From NCBI GenBank assembly GCA_022843855.1, contig JALHMV010000003.1, positions 6,560-70,559 on the forward strand: 64,000 nt of DNA. The letters run 5' to 3'. Position 1 is the stretch's first letter, and each line of letters starts with the position of its first letter. The notes beneath the pieces were generated by a model. The model was not told the DNA's origin. It was given only the letters and a program-made list of their open reading frames with translations, and made no database searches. Positions 34,828 through 48,300 of the stretch are shown here, piece after piece. The translations under genes were made by a program, and so were the position numbers. The DNA is from Patescibacteria group bacterium. Lineage in GTDB: Bacteria > Patescibacteriota > UBA1384 > 2-12-FULL-50-11.

Positions 34828-36383
34828 ACATCGGAGAACTTCTTTTCAATACAGCCAAAAAGGCGAAGCCCGTCAGCGATATGAAATATCGGCCGCAGCT
34901 CGACGAAGGGATGGCGGAGCAGCTCGGCGAGGTCCTGCACCGGCCCGGCATCGACCAGGCGGCACGCCGGATGGTCGGCGAGGCGATGGACGGCGGTGGC
35001 CACAGGCCGCGCTTCTTCGAAGCTCCTCCCGAAATGACGGATCAGACGATGACGATGGGCGGCACCGAGGGGGATCAGTTCGCCGCTCAGCCTCAGCAGG
35101 ATCCGCGAGCGGCAGCAATGTTTCAGCAGCAGACGATCGGCAACACCGACCCGGCCGCGATGATGATGCTCGGGCAGTCGCCGGAAGGTGCCGGACCGTC
35201 CACGTTGCCGGGCGGAGCGATGTCGGGCGGCGATCTTCCGATCGATCAGATTCAGCAGTACCTTGCCAACAACCCGGAAGGCACCGGTTCGCAGGGCGAG
35301 GTTGATATGTACAGCAGGCGGCGGGAAATGTCGCCACTCGAAGCTGCCAGAAACCGCTACGAAACGACGCCTCCGGCACCGCGGGAAAGATCGGTAATGA
35401 ACCGTATCGGTTCCGGACTCTGGAACGCGTTCCGGATGTGGGGCGAGAACGGCGGGCAGGGCGGACTTGCCGGCCTCGCGGGAGCTGCCGCGACGGGAGC
35501 GGGAGCGTTCGGCCTCAAGCCCGAAATGCACCAGCGATTCAAATCCCAGCAGTACAAGGATCGGGCTCTCGGTGAGTATCAGCAGGAAATGGAGAAAGAG
35601 AAGGCCCGGCAAGGCGTCACGCAGGAAGGGCTCAAAAGCCAGCAAGCTCTCTACGACCTAGCGAAGCCCGAGATCGACATGCTGGCCGGCAAAGGCTATT
35701 TGGACGACGCGGACCTGAACCATATCTCGCAGAAGTACGGGATAGATCTGCGCGACCCGAACAACCCGCGTTTCGTCGAAATCGACGGACCGGGCGGCAA
35801 GCGACTGATCCGCCTCCAGAACGAAGCCGAGTACGGAGTCAATACCAGCGTCGGCATCGACCCGCTAAAACAAGAGCATGACGTCGAAGTACCGGGAAGC
35901 CCGGGCAAGTACGTGCCGGCACTTCCGAAGGATGTTCTCGGCACCGCAGTCGGTGTCGCTCAGGCGAATGCCGGCAGGACCGAACGGGCGGAAACCCGCG
36001 AGGAGCGTGCGGCGGAACGAGCACAGGACCAGGCGGCGAAGACACGCGGAGCAATTGGTGAGGCCGATGCTCAGATCGCAAAAGCTTCGAGCGAGTTGAC
36101 CGACCTTTCAGTTGCTCGGCAACGCGATATCGACCAAGGGCTTGACGTCAGCGACTACGATCGGCGGATCGCTGCTCTCAAGGGTGAGATTGCCGCGGCT
36201 CAGACCAGGAAGCGGAACGCAGAGAAAGAAGCGAGCAAACCCCAAGGCGGAGCGGCCCAGCGGCGGGCGGGCGGCACGTTCAGCGAAGCCGAGGCCCGGC
36301 GCTACTACCAGAACCGCGGGATGAGCCCTGAAGCCGTCGAATCGGCGGTCGCAAAAGCTAAGCAAAATGGCGTGATCAAGTAA
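34824..36383 (+). CDS. putative internal virion (ejection) protein
   Basis: Disordered Met/Gln/Gly-rich N-terminus, GGLAGLAGAAATGAGAFG hydrophobic stretch, C-terminal coiled coil. Confidence 0.7.
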   Translation: MNIGELLFNTAKKAKPVSDMKYRPQLDEGMAEQLGEVLHRPGIDQAARRMVGEAMDGGGHRPRFFEAPPEMTDQTMTMGGTEGDQFAAQPQQDPRAAAMFQQQTIGNTDPAAMMMLGQSPEGAGPSTLPGGAMSGGDLPIDQIQQYLANNPEGTGSQGEVDMYSRRREMSPLEAARNRYETTPPAPRERSVMNRIGSGLWNAFRMWGENGGQGGLAGLAGAAATGAGAFGLKPEMHQRFKSQQYKDRALGEYQQEMEKEKARQGVTQEGLKSQQALYDLAKPEIDMLAGKGYLDDADLNHISQKYGIDLRDPNNPRFVEIDGPGGKRLIRLQNEAEYGVNTSVGIDPLKQEHDVEVPGSPGKYVPALPKDVLGTAVGVAQANAGRTERAETREERAAERAQDQAAKTRGAIGEADAQIAKASSELTDLSVARQRDIDQGLDVSDYDRRIAALKGEIAAAQTRKRNAEKEASKPQGGAAQRRAGGTFSEAEARRYYQNRGMSPEAVESAVAKAKQNGVIK

Positions 36384-36385
36384 TC

Positions 36386-39300
36386 ATGGAACGAGAAACC
36401 GACTTTTCTGCTCTCGACGCGTTTGCGGATGATCCCGAGTCTCAACAGACTCAGGATTTTTCCGCTTTAGATGCCTTCGCAGACACTCCAAAAGCCGCCA
36501 AGCCAAAACCGAGGGCTCAGCGGCCCAAGCGAACCGCGTCGGCACCGGCAAATAAAGAAGCCGAGCGTCGCCAACGCGTGCTCGACCGGCTGCGTGGCCT
36601 CAAGCTCGACATGGAGGACGATGTCTTCGACGACTTCGATATGGTCACGAAGCACGAGTCCGGGCGCAGGCATTTTGACGACGCCGGCCGCGTGATCAGG
36701 GGCGTCCCGACCAAGTCCGGTGAGCGGGCGATCGGTTTCTCGCAGGTGATGCCGTCCACGGCAAAGAAATGGCAGAAGCACGGCCTCAACCCCGACGACG
36801 AGATCGACAATATCGCCATCGGGGCTCTGGAGTTCCGCAGCGGTTCCGATGACCCGATCGGTCGTCGCCTGGCCTACGTCGGCGGACCGAAGTCCCGGGC
36901 GCTCAAATACTACAAAAAGCACGGCGAGGTGCCGGATTGGAAGATGTACTCCTATCTTCCGAACAACAAGGAAACATTCCGGCACTACGTCGACCGGACG
37001 GGTGGATTCAAGGATCTGCGGCGGCTCGACGAGGTCGCAGGCGGCATTACCCGCGATCCGGTGTCCGGAGCTCCGCAGGTGGACTTCAAGGTCGGCGGTC
37101 CGACTGCTCCGATCGCGCACCGGCCGGAGGATATTGCTGCGTTCGATGCCAAGTTCCGGAAGGGCAAGCCGCCGAGGCAGCCAGCTCTTCAGCCGGGCGT
37201 GGAGGGTGCAGAAGACCCCAACGTCGATCAGTTCGGCAAACCGTTCAAATACGAGTGGCAAAAGACGGGCGATGTCGGCAACGGGCTGAAGTACGCCGGC
37301 GAGATCGACGGCCGCTATTTCGCCAAGAACGAGGACGGCGATACTTACGAGCTGGACGAAAAGACGAAGCAGTTCAAGCCGACCGCTCCGACAAAGCGGG
37401 CATACGATGCCGAGGGCAACGAGTACCAGCTCGACGCAAACCAGGACAACGTGCCCGAGGGCCACGTCCGCAGGCTGCGCGACGGCAAACCGTTCGTGTT
37501 CTCGCCGGACGGCACGATCCGCGAGGAGGGCGTTCCCGAGCTGCCACCGTGGGTGGCCGGCAAGACCCCGCCAAAAAGTGAGCTGCCTCCTGATCCGATG
37601 CTTCGCAAAGCGTATCAGACGCGATTGGAGCAGGGTTTTACCGATTCCGAAGAGCTGCGGCAGAAGTTCATTGAAGGCTGGGCCGCGGTCCAGGCCGGTA
37701 AGCAGCAAAGGATCTTCACGGACGAGGAGATCAAGCAGATCGAGGCCCTTGAGCTCTACGCGGCGAACAATGCCCAACAAGGCATCGTTCCGCAGGTGCA
37801 GGAAACGCCGACACGAGCGCGCCGGGCCCCGCGAAGCACGACCGCAGGACCGTCAACCGAGGGGATCGGCACGTTCTACGCCGACGTTGACCCGGCAACC
37901 GCTCCGCTCGGCTCCGATCCACGGCAGCACGTGTTCGAACAAGCGGTCCGTCAGCTCGGCAATGAGCTGTACGGCCGGCCGCTCGACAAGGTCGAGGTTC
38001 AGGCCGCTATCGAGTTCCAGAAGCGGCGAGGCGGCGACTTCGTCTATCTGACCGAGGGCGGCAAGGCTACCAACGTGCCGACCGAACCGACCAAGGGGCG
38101 TTATCAGATCACAGCGGAGCGTGCGGCCGAGATCCGCGACTTCCTCAAATTCAACCAACCGCTGCTGGAGCGGACGCGCGACGACGCGATCGCCAAGTTC
38201 ATCGCGAGCACGTTCGAGATCGACGATGCGAAGATCGCCGAATTTGCCGAAATGGGCATCAACGCAGACCGGCTCCGGGCGGCTCTCGAAAGTGACCCGA
38301 AGTTCGCCGACGCACGCAAGAAGCGACTTGAGAACGAGCAGTTCATCAAGGACTACGTCGCCAAGCAAACGACCGGGGCGAACGCGACCGCGGACAGTGC
38401 CGCGAACCAGACCGGACGCGTCCTCGAAATGCTTCGCAGCAAGGATCCCGCGGAAAACCGGCTCGGGCAGCAAGCTCTCGAGAATCTTTCCCGGCGATCA
38501 CCGAACATCGCCTACGTCGAAGCACTCGCCAACCTCGGCATCGTCCCGCGTGACGTGCTCGACAAGGCCAAGGAAGCCGAGCAAAGCGAGCTGATCAACG
38601 CCATCGCCAGTCTCAACGACCCGAGCTGGTACAAACGACTTCTCAACGACGTCCAGGACGGCGGCACCGGGTTCTATGAATTCGTCGTCGGCCCGTTCAA
38701 GCGGGCAGACCGGATCAAGGCCGCGAGGGAGCAGGCCCGGCCCGGCAAGGACGGCAAGCCATCGAACGCCGGCATCCTCCTGCCGATGGTCTATTCGGCA
38801 TGGGAAGGCCCGCCAGAGCTCCGTGGCGTGAACAGCCCGGAAGCCCAGAAGCGGCGGCGAGAAGCGATCGGCGATTCGCTGCGGTCGATGCAGGCTGAAT
38901 TCGGATCGATCGGCGAATTCCACAAGTTCATGGAAGCCAATGCCGGCGAGGAAGCGAACATCGGCCGGCAGTTGAAATTCTTCGGCTCGAACGTGCTCAA
39001 GAACATCGCCAGCTTCGGCAAGTCCGCGGCGGTGATAGATTCGGCAGCCGAAGATCTCGAAGTGCTCGGCATCAAAGTGCCGAAGGACTACATGCCGACC
39101 GTGCGGAATGCGATGAACGTCGTCGTCGCTCTTCGGAACGTGATGGCATCCGGCTCGGGGGTGATGCGGCCGTCCGACATCCTGACCCGCGACATCGAAG
39201 GGGCTCAGGACGATCCGCGGAATGCTCGTCTCTGGCAGTATGCCCGCTGGCTGGAGGAGTTTGCCGGCGATGACCGGTATCTGCAGCACACGTTCTCCGG

Positions 39301-42300
39301 CGAGGTCAATCAGGGCTTAGCGTCCGGTGTCGTCTTCCTCGGGGCAGGTTTTGCTCTCAAGAAGTTCAAGTACGCGATCCCTGCACTCGGCGCCGGAATG
39401 GAGATCGGCAACACGTTCGAGGAAATGGTCAAAGCGGGCATTCCCGTCGAACAGGCCAAGAATTGGGCGGTCCTCGTCGGTGCCGGCTCCGGCTACATGG
39501 AGAAGTTCGGATTGGGCGGCACGGCAAACCGTATGCTGGCCCGGCTCGGCACCGAGCTCTCCGATGAATCGGTCAAGACGCTTTCCCGGTCGATGGTCGA
39601 GTTCGCCAAAGCGGCCGGCCGCGGAGCTGCACAGGGCATCGCTCGCGAAATGCCCGAGGAAGCGATCCAAGAGTGGGCTCAGTCTTCGTTCGTGGATGCT
39701 GCGGTCAAGGCCATTGCCGCTCAAAACCCGAGCGAAGGCCGCCTGATCCTCAATTTTCTCGACGAGCTGCCAAAGGCGATCGCCGAGAACTTCCATTCTG
39801 CCGTGATCGGCGGCGCGACGGGCGGCATCCTCGGCGGCGGAACGCAGACGGTCGGCTCTGTGATCGGCGAGGGCATCCGTCAAAGCCGGATGCCGGGCGA
39901 ACAGCCGGAAGCGGAAGCAGAGATCCCGGAAGGCGAGCTCCGCACGCCACAGGCGGCCGAGGATGCGGGCGAATCCGCCATTCTCGAAAAGTTCGGCGAC
40001 CGGACCGGCCAGGCGACGGTCCGCGGGCTTGATATGGGCGGGCGAGATACGGCCGCATTGGACGATATTGCCAACGAGGTCGCTCCGGGAACCGTTCAGA
40101 CGCCTCAACAGGCGGCCACAGAGCCCGCTGGAGGCGTTCAAACGCCTGAAGGCACCCAAACACCCCCGGCAACGCCTCCAACGCAGCCAGCGGGGCAGGC
40201 AAAACCAAAAACAAGGCTTCCTCGCAACGTCATAGGCAAGGAAGTCGAGATCGAAGGCAAAGGCACCGGCCGCATCGTCGCAATTCGGCAGGGCAAGTTC
40301 GTCGTCGATTACGATTACCGCGGCAGACCGGGCGAAGAGTTCTACCATCGGCAGGACTTCTTCACGCCGGAGCAGCTCGCGATCGGCGGCACCAGCCTGA
40401 CCGAGTACAAGCCGCCGAAAGCTCCGAAGCAGACGACATCGGCACGGCAGCCGACGCAATTCGGTGCCGAGGACTTCGGGGGAGAGATCATCGAACGCGT
40501 TCCGCAGCCGGGGCAGGCCGGACAGCCGGCACAGCCTGCCGGACAGCCGACGACCGCCGAGGTCGTGCGGAAGATCCGCACCGGGCGGGCAGCTTCCGGA
40601 AAGGGTGCCGCGATCCAGAAATTCACGCCGACCGAGGACATGCCGATCGATACGGTCTATACCTCGACCAACGACAAGTACGATGTGGTCCCGGTCGTGA
40701 TCAGCCGCGACGACATCATCGGTTCGTGGGAGGAAGGTTATCCGGAGCTGCTTCAGCCGCGTGACCGTGACTCCATCGCCTCGGACGCTCAGGCCGATGA
40801 GATAGCACGCAACCTGATCCCGGCGAAGCTCGGCGACAACGTCAACGCCGGCGACGGCAGAATGCTCGTCGTTCCGGTCGAGGTCGACGGAAAGATCAAG
40901 TACGCATTGATCACCGGCAACGGCCGGACGCTGGCGCTCGACCTCGCCCGCGAACGCTACCCGGAGCGTTTCGAGGAGTACCAGGGATTCGCGAAATCAA
41001 AGGACCCGAGCGTTCAGGGCGACAACCTGATGTATGTCGGGATCCTCGACAACACAAAGCTCGAAGACGGCGACCTGCGGCAGATCGCAGTAGATGCCAA
41101 CAAATCGACAGTTGCGGCGATGAGCCCGGTCGAGCAGGCCAAGGTCGATTCGGAAACACTCGACTCCTCGCTGATGCAGAAGTTCGTCGTCAACGACGCA
41201 GGCGACATCGACACCGCAGGGAACCGCGAATTCATTGCGGACACTCGTCAGGACGACGACCAGGACGAGGCTCTTTCCGATGGAGAGCGGAAGCACATCG
41301 ACAAGCTGATCGAACAGGGCTTTACTGCAACGACCGGCAGGATGACGCCGAACGGGCAACAGTGGTTCCTCCTCGACACGAAAACGGGATCGCAAGAGCA
41401 GATCAGCCGAGCCGGCCGCGACTACGCTTATGAAAAACTCGGAACGCCGGACAAGCAGGGTTTGCGATCCGGGCCGATGTTCGACGAGCCGATCGAAATG
41501 CGTGGCGATACGCCGTCCGACGACGACCTCGGCAAGATGTTCGACGATCTGGTGCCGGAGGAAGATTCTGCCCCGTCGCTGTTTGACGCGGAAGTGAAGG
41601 CGGCGGACGCAGATAAGGCACGCATTGCCCGTCTGCCGGATGATGAGTTTCGCAAGGAGCTCGATAAGATCAGCCCCGAGGCCCTCGACAAACACGCCGA
41701 TCGATCGAACGGCGGACGCGACATTTCGTTTACGACCGCCGACTCGCCGGCGACCGAACTTTCCGGCCGAGGCAGGATCATCGGTGAGGCGATATCGAAC
41801 AATGAGAGTGTGTTCAAGGTTCGCCATTACGATCAATCGAAGGGCGAATGGCTTACCGCCTATGTTGCCGAAGCGGATGTTGACGAATGGCTGCCGGACG
41901 GCACGCTGAACGAATTCCTTGCCGCAAACCCGGACTCGGCGATCACGAAGGTGGGATTGCAGAACGGCCCGCTGCCCGAGCCAGAGCGGACGCCGGAAAC
42001 AGTCAAAAAGGCACTCGCACAAACCAAGCGGCAGATCAAAAAACTTGAGAACGCCGACGAGGTTGACGAGAACGCTCTGGCCGCAGCAGAGCAGCAGCTT
42101 GACAGCCTAGAAGCCGAGCTTGCAGCAATGGCGACGACAACCGCTCCTAAGCCCGAAGACCTCAAGGCCAAATATCCTGTTGGCCGCAAGCTGCTTCATC
42201 GCACGGGCGGTAAGCCATGGAAAGTTACGGGCCATCAATCGGATTTCGGTAAGTCAGGCCAGATTGGCATCAGGCTCGAACGCGGAACGGACAGGACGAT

Positions 42301-45300
42301 CATGTCCGTCGCCGATCTGGAGAAAAAGTTCAAAACAGAAAAGCCGACCGAATCGAATCGCCGGACCGCTGAGGACCTGTTCAGCGACACGGCCGCGACA
42401 ATCGGCGACCTGTTTGATACGCTCCAGACCTTCGAGATCGACCCGGACGCGACGGCAGGGCAGTTGGAGGAGATCGAGAAGATCAAACCCCAGGTGAACG
42501 CTATCAAGGGCCAGAGCAAGGCGGCAAAGGCCCAGCGGGAGCCGCTGCGTGCGAGGATCCGCGAACTGCAAGCCGAAATCACGTCCTACATGGACTCGCA
42601 GGAAACGGCATGGGTGCAGTTCACGGAGGACGTGCTTCAACAGCTCGTCAAGGCTGCCCAACAGTACAAACTGCTGGAGCAGCCTACGGACGAGAACATT
42701 CATTCGCTGTATGACGTCATCGAACGCCTGACCGACCCGCGATTCTTCGACGGCATCAACATGGATGTGCTGCTAGAGGATCACGTGGACGATCTTCTCG
42801 GCGAAGCATTCGATACGATACAACGGATAAAACGTACGTTCGTAACGGCTCCGCAAACGTCCGACACGACGCGGGCTCTGACCGCCGATCCCGAAAACCG
42901 CAGCCTGACTGACACGCCGGAAAAGCGGGCAGCAATGAGCCGGGCGTACCTCGCGGCCTACGCTGAAGATTCCGAGGAAACGTGGGGCGGGCCGATGGAT
43001 TGGGCCGCGGTCGACCAGCTGATGACGATGCCGCGAGAGGAATACGGCCTGGTCGGTGTTATCGAGCGATTCATGACGGATCCCGCCGTCGCACCGATAC
43101 TCGCCGAGCTCGAGCGGTCCGCAGGCGTGAGCGATGCGGAGATCGAAATACTCAAAGACTTTGGAGGAATTTATGGACTTGACCCGGACATCATCGAAGA
43201 CATCATCGGCGAGATCCTCGAAATCGCCCGAGATAGGGGAGAAACGGATGGAGGAGCTGCGGACACGCTTCCCGAACCTGACGGATCAGGCGCACCGGAT
43301 AGCGATCAAGGCAGCGAAACGAGCATCTTCAAGGAAGAACCGGAAGGCGAAGTCGGCAACCCCGACACGTCCGGCCTCTTTGCCGAGCAAGAAAAGCAAG
43401 AAGACGAAGAGCTGAGCAAGGAAGCCGAGGCAGAACGGCAGGCCGAACGCGAACGGCACCGCGATTTCCGGAATTCGGTGGCGGCTCAGGTCCCGGCATT
43501 GGACGATGTGCTTGCTTTTGAGAACCCGTTCTATAACGCAGGCAAGTTTCCAAAGAAAAAAGGGCAGGGATACGCCTCGAATGAAGAAGCATTGGCGGCG
43601 GAACGCGCAGAACTTGAGCGGCTGACAAATCGCTATAACGCGAATTTGGCCGATCTGAAAAATCCGGAAGCGACCGAGGAGCTTGATCAGTACCTCTGGA
43701 ACAGCGCACCGGTCAACATGAAGCTCGTCCTGACCCATATCGGATGGGCGAAGGCGAACATCAACGAGCTCGAAAAGGCACTCGGCAACACGCCTCCGTT
43801 CAAGGCCGGAAAGCAAAAATTCGATTGGTATTTCCCCTCGAAGGAAGAGGTGCGTGAGACGGACCAGGCGGACAATGCCGCGACGCCGGAGGCACAACCA
43901 CCGTCGCTCGAAGCGCTCCGCGGCGCCGAGCAGACCGACCTGTTCGGCCTCGAAGCCGACAACACCGGTCTGTTCGCTCAGGACGGCCCGACCGCGATCG
44001 AGCCAAAGCAAGCCGAGGATAACTCCAAAGCGGCGATCAAGGAATCGCTGCTCAGTAAGGCAGAAACCGAAGCACGCCGGCAGGTCATTGAGACGTTCGG
44101 CGAGGAGATCGGGGAGCTGCTCTACGACACGCGGAACGACAAAGCGACGCCGAAGGCTTCCTCGGCCGCACAGGGCATTATTTCCCGCTGGTCGGGCGAA
44201 GACACGGACAGCGAGGCGGTCCAGCAGCTGATCGCCGATGCCGCGACCGCGATAGAGTGGATCCGCGAGGCCGAGCTCCGCGGTGCGAACCTAGACGAAT
44301 TCGTCCGGCAAGCCGCGATCGGCCGCGAGGGGCTGACGATAGCTCAACGGAAGATCTACGACCTGATCGCCTCGAACAAATTCGGGAGACAGGCCGACGA
44401 GCTGCTCCGAAATGCGAAAACCGCCTCAGAAGTTGCCGCAAATGTTGCCGAGATAGAGGGCGGTTTAGAGGACGGCAAGGTCACGCTCCAGCAGCTGATC
44501 GATGTTTACGGCTACACGCACAAATGGGAACAAAACAAAAAGCTTGAACCGGCGTTCCGCGGTGCCTATGTGATCGGACGGAACGATGATTTTGTTTACG
44601 TCGAGGAGGTCTATGCCGGCGAGGGCGATCTTCCGCCGATGGTGGATGTCGTAATTGAGCATGTTGGCGAGTTCAGTGAGTTCGAAGCACCGGGCGAATA
44701 CGTCGTCACGGAGGACGATTTTTATTACTACTTCGGCTTTGATGTTAGAATCCCGGAAGGAGCAAAGGTTTATGATGACTATTTCGAGCGAGATCTGGAA
44801 CCGGATAGCGAGGACGGAACCGATGATGTCGAAGTTCGGGAAGACGATGTTCCGACTGAGCGAACCGGAGATGCGGATAGCCTGCGAGAGAGCGATGCGA
44901 AGCCTCCGGGCCAAAGGATTGAACCCGGAAGTGAGCAGAGCCTTTTTGGAGATAGCTCCGCTCTGGAAGGAACACCAGGCGATAGCAATGTACGCGAGGA
45001 AGCAGCCGAGCGTCCCGATGCCGTCGATCGAGACGCTGGACGAGGCGATGGAGTATCTCAGGAAGGAATCTCCGATGATCAGCAAGCAGCAAGCGACGCT
45101 GGCGGAGAAGCTGTTCCGCGAACTGAAGTAGATCTCGGAGCCCTATTCGACGAGCTGGTGCCGCCTGCCGGCGAAGCCCCGACCACCAACCTTTTTGGCG
45201 AACAATCTCGCACCGAGCCGGTTTATCTCGGCAACCAAAAGAAAGTACGAAAAGCGATCGAAGCCGGGCACGGTTTCCTCGCAGTTGCACCGAGCGGCCT

Positions 45301-48300
45301 GAGCCGCGACGAGGTCGCAAAGTCTGACATCGCCATTGCGGCGGTCGGTGGGGCGATCAAGCATCTTGCTGACCGTGCTGCCGAACTCGGCCTGACCGAT
45401 AACACGCACACCATCTATCAAGTCTCAAACGAAAACGTCTGGGAATACGAGATCGAGGCCAACCGCAGTGCCGAATCTCGCGGCACGACGAAAAAGCAAA
45501 GGGCTGCGGCAAAGCAGACCTCAATCCCGAGAGGCTCAGTACCGATCACAAAGTATCGCGTCTATGACGCGAACGGCGTCGAGCAGGTGGGCAATATCGT
45601 TGATCCGGCGATCGCTCAAAGGCAGTTAGAGCACTATCCGGGCGGTCGCATTGAAGCCTACGACGGATACATCCTGAAAGAGTTTGCCGACAAGCTCACA
45701 TCTGCCAAAGAGTCGACCGGCAAAGGCATCGACGAGGCCATCAAGGGGCTCGGGAAGCTGTTCGATCCGAAGAAGTTCAAATCCTCGACCGTGCCGGCGT
45801 TCGACGATGAGACGTATCAGGCCGCTAAGCCACACTTCCTAGAGGCTTACAACCACTTCAAGGATGCCGCTCAAAACATCGGCGACGCGATGCGTCTGCT
45901 GATCGACCAGATGCGGGCCGAGGGCTACGATAACGAGACGCTGCGGCTGATGAAGCCGTATATCGTGCAGTTCGTCGCCGACATCCGCGACGGAGTGATC
46001 GGGCAGGACCTGACCACACCCGAGGACATCATTGATTCGGTTCCCGAGCCGGAATCGAAGGACGCAGCGGAACGCCTCGAACAGCAGAAGGCTGCCGAAG
46101 GTAAATCGGTCAAGATCGGCGACCTGGCCAACATTCAGGCGACCGTTCCGGTGCTCTTCAAGGAGCAGCACGAGGACGTTCGTTTCGTCGAAGATGCCCT
46201 ATTCGTCCGCGATGGCAACGGCGTGATGCTGACCAACGGCACCGGCACCGGCAAGACCTTCTCCGGGCTCGGAGTGGTCAAGCGAATGGCGATGCAGGGC
46301 AAGGACAATATCTTCATTGTCGTGCCGTCGCAGGAGATCGCGAACGCGTGGATCTCGGCCGCCACGAACTTTGGGCTGCAGGTCCGGCAGCTCGCGGACA
46401 CGCAAGACAACGGCGCTGAGGGCATCGTTATCACGACCTACGCGAACATGCAGCAGAACCCGTCGCTGATCAAGCGTCAATGGGACCTGATCGTGGCAGA
46501 CGAGGCTCATACGCTTTCGTCGAACAAGGACGGTAAGCCGACCGGGGCGTCGAAGGCGTTGCGGGCGATGACACTGCACAAACGCGGGAAAATGGACTAT
46601 TGGCGGCAGGCGACCATCAAGGAGGTCACCGAACGCGAACAGGCCGAAGCCCGGATCGAGGTCGTACGGGCTCTTCTCGAGCGCTACGAGGACGAAGGCC
46701 CGCAAATGGCCGATCGCGCGAAGGAGGCCCGCGAGGAGCTGCGTTCACTCGAAGATGCGGTCGCTACGCTGAACAAGCAGATCGAGAAGATCGGAAATGC
46801 CGCCGTAGCCGAGTGGGACCGGCGAATTGCCGACGAACCAAAGGGCAAGGCGTTGATGCTTTCGGCGACGCCGTTCGCTTATCGGAAATCGGTCGATTAC
46901 GCGGAAGGCTATTTGTTCGACTACGACGATGGAAAGGTCCCGGACGACCAGCTCGGACGGACGCGCCACTACAACGAGCCGAACAACCAAGAAGCGTTCA
47001 TGATCGAGCACTTCGGCTACCGGATGCGGTACAACAAGCTGACCGAACCCGGGCCGGAGGTAGATACGGACATCATGGAGCGGCAGTTCAACACGTGGCT
47101 GAAACAGCAGCGTGTCCTGAGCGGCCGTATGCTCGGCATCGACCAGGACTATTCCCGCGAGTTCCTGCTGATCAAAGAGGGCATTGGCCAGAAGATCGAC
47201 GACGGCCTGAAGTGGCTGCAGGAAGCCGAGGGCGGAAGGTTCCGGCCGCTTGCCGAGATCGTCAATAAGAGCTTCAGTTACCACAACCGGATGTTCCTGC
47301 TCGAAGCCATCAAGGCCAAGGCGGCGGTGCCGATCATTGACGCCCACGTCGAAGCCGGCCGCAAGGTCGTCGTCTTCCACAAGTTCAACGTCGGCGGCGG
47401 TTTCCATCCGTTCAAGCCGAAGGTGCCGAACGAAAAGACGCTGATCAGCGTCGGCGGCAAGACCATCGAGGTCAATCTGAAAGATCTCTACGCCGAATTC
47501 ACGCGAAAACGGCCGGACCTGATCGCTCTGCCATTCGAAGGGCTGGAATCGCCGATCGAGACTTTCGCCGAATCGTTCAAGGGTGGAGCCACGAGCCTGC
47601 AACACGTGCAGCTCAACGGTACGCAGTCGAAAAAAGCGAACCGCGAGTCGATGGCGATCTTCAACACGGATAACTCCGAGATCGATATCATCCTCGTCCA
47701 GGCCGACAAGGGGCAGGCGGGGATCAGCCTTCACGACACGACCGGCAAGCATCAGCGGGTAATGATCGACCTCGGGCTGCCGTCGCGTCCGGTCGAGGCC
47801 ATCCAGAAGGAAGGCCGCATCTACCGTCTCGGCACCAAGACCAACGCTCCGATGTTCTATTTCACGACCGGAACGCTATGGGAGGCGACCGCGTTCGCAC
47901 AGACCATGGCAGAACGCTCCTCGACCGCCGAGAACCTCTCGCTCGGCGAAGAGGCCCGAGCTCTCCGGCAGTCGATAATCGATTCGTTCCTCGAACCGCG
48001 GACCGATCCGATGCCGACCGAGCTGGACGGCGTCGGGGGCAAGGAGCGTGACCGGGCGGGGCAGCAGGCCATATCCGAATATGAGCGGGCGAAGACGTTC
48101 TTCTTCGGCCAGCAGAAGAAGACCTCAAAGACCAAATCGGCCGAGGGCGAGGACTACTATCCGACACCTGAACCGCTCGGCTTGAAGATGGTCGAGTTTG
48201 CCGATATCGCTGCTGGCCACAGCGTCCTCGAACCGAGTGCCGGCCACGGGGCGATCGCCCGCTTCCTGCCGCAGACCTCACGGAACACCGTGATCGAACC

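Noticed and set aside
39963-40235. Possible fourth nested +1-frame ORF in the giant gene
   Set aside because: Host-frame codons are A/T-ending here, but there is no convincing SD or start and no shared M-x-x-L-R-x3-P motif. It is explained adequately as a Pro/Thr/Gln linker.
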